Source of the DNA: Klebsormidium nitens
Lineage: Eukaryota; Plantae; Klebsormidiophyceae
Reading direction: 5' to 3'
Assembly: GCA_000708835.1 (NCBI GenBank)
Contig: DF237574.1
Span: 1-49,903, forward strand
DNA: 49,903 nt
Both the position numbers and the translations under genes were made by a program. Below are positions 49,730 to 49,903 of this stretch, piece by piece. Position 1 is the stretch's first letter. Each line of letters starts with the position of its first letter. The notes beneath the pieces are model-generated. The model saw only the letters and a program-made list of their open reading frames with translations, searched no databases and was not told the DNA's origin.

Positions 49730-49903
49730 CAATGATCGTGGCGAAAATAAATCTTGGAATACACTAAATAGGAGCTCCCAGACACTAATTGGCGAAAATG
49801 ACACTAGTGGCGAAAATCCCAGCGGCAGTTGTGGCCGGTAGATTGTCCCGGCACCAAAAATCCGTGTACCGACCAAGTTTTTTCGTCGTCTCTGGAGAGC
49901 CAA
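49730..49903. mobile_element. Left end of a second hAT-type element related to the 32305-32695 MITE, truncated by the window edge
   Basis: Begins CAATGATCGTGGCGAAA (16/17 to the MITE left TIR). It shares the subterminal CTAATTGGCGAAA (49785-49797) and has a further TGGCGAAA repeat. The interior otherwise differs. Confidence 0.75.

Noticed and set aside
1-49903. tRNA, rRNA, snRNA genes, CRISPR arrays and retroelement or transposase ORFs
   Set aside because: None recognised by eye. tRNAscan-SE, Infernal/Rfam and a repeat-protein search would be needed to exclude them formally.

Overview
Intron-rich eukaryotic nuclear DNA. GC3-rich exons, mostly 150-800 bp GT-AG introns, plant-type Toc34 and ALA genes, and a flagellar gene suggest a streptophyte alga such as Klebsormidium; this identity is an inference. 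I assembled seven spliced genes by hand: PP4 regulatory subunit 3 (PSY2L/SMEK, +), Toc34-family GTPase (+), P4-ATPase flippase (ALA, -), an unknown coiled-coil protein (-), proteasome beta7 (PBG1, -), DIM1/YLS8 (+), a GT-A-fold glycosyltransferase-like protein (-), plus an eighth, the flagellar DRC10/IQCD (+), whose middle and last exons are uncertain. Intergenic DNA holds a complete hAT-type MITE with an exact 8-bp target site duplication (TSD) and the left end of a related element at the window edge. Most ORFs in the supplied track are off-frame or antisense artefacts of these genes. I did not find a convincing multi-gene novel system. The most unusual observations are: two duplicated 3' splice junctions inside the flippase (one with a dead AG, one forming a candidate poison exon), a Toc34 with DTPA instead of DTPG, a -1 frame break in the last PSY2L exon, an unclassified glycosyltransferase, a perfect 35-nt palindrome, and dense CATG and GTAC motif clusters.
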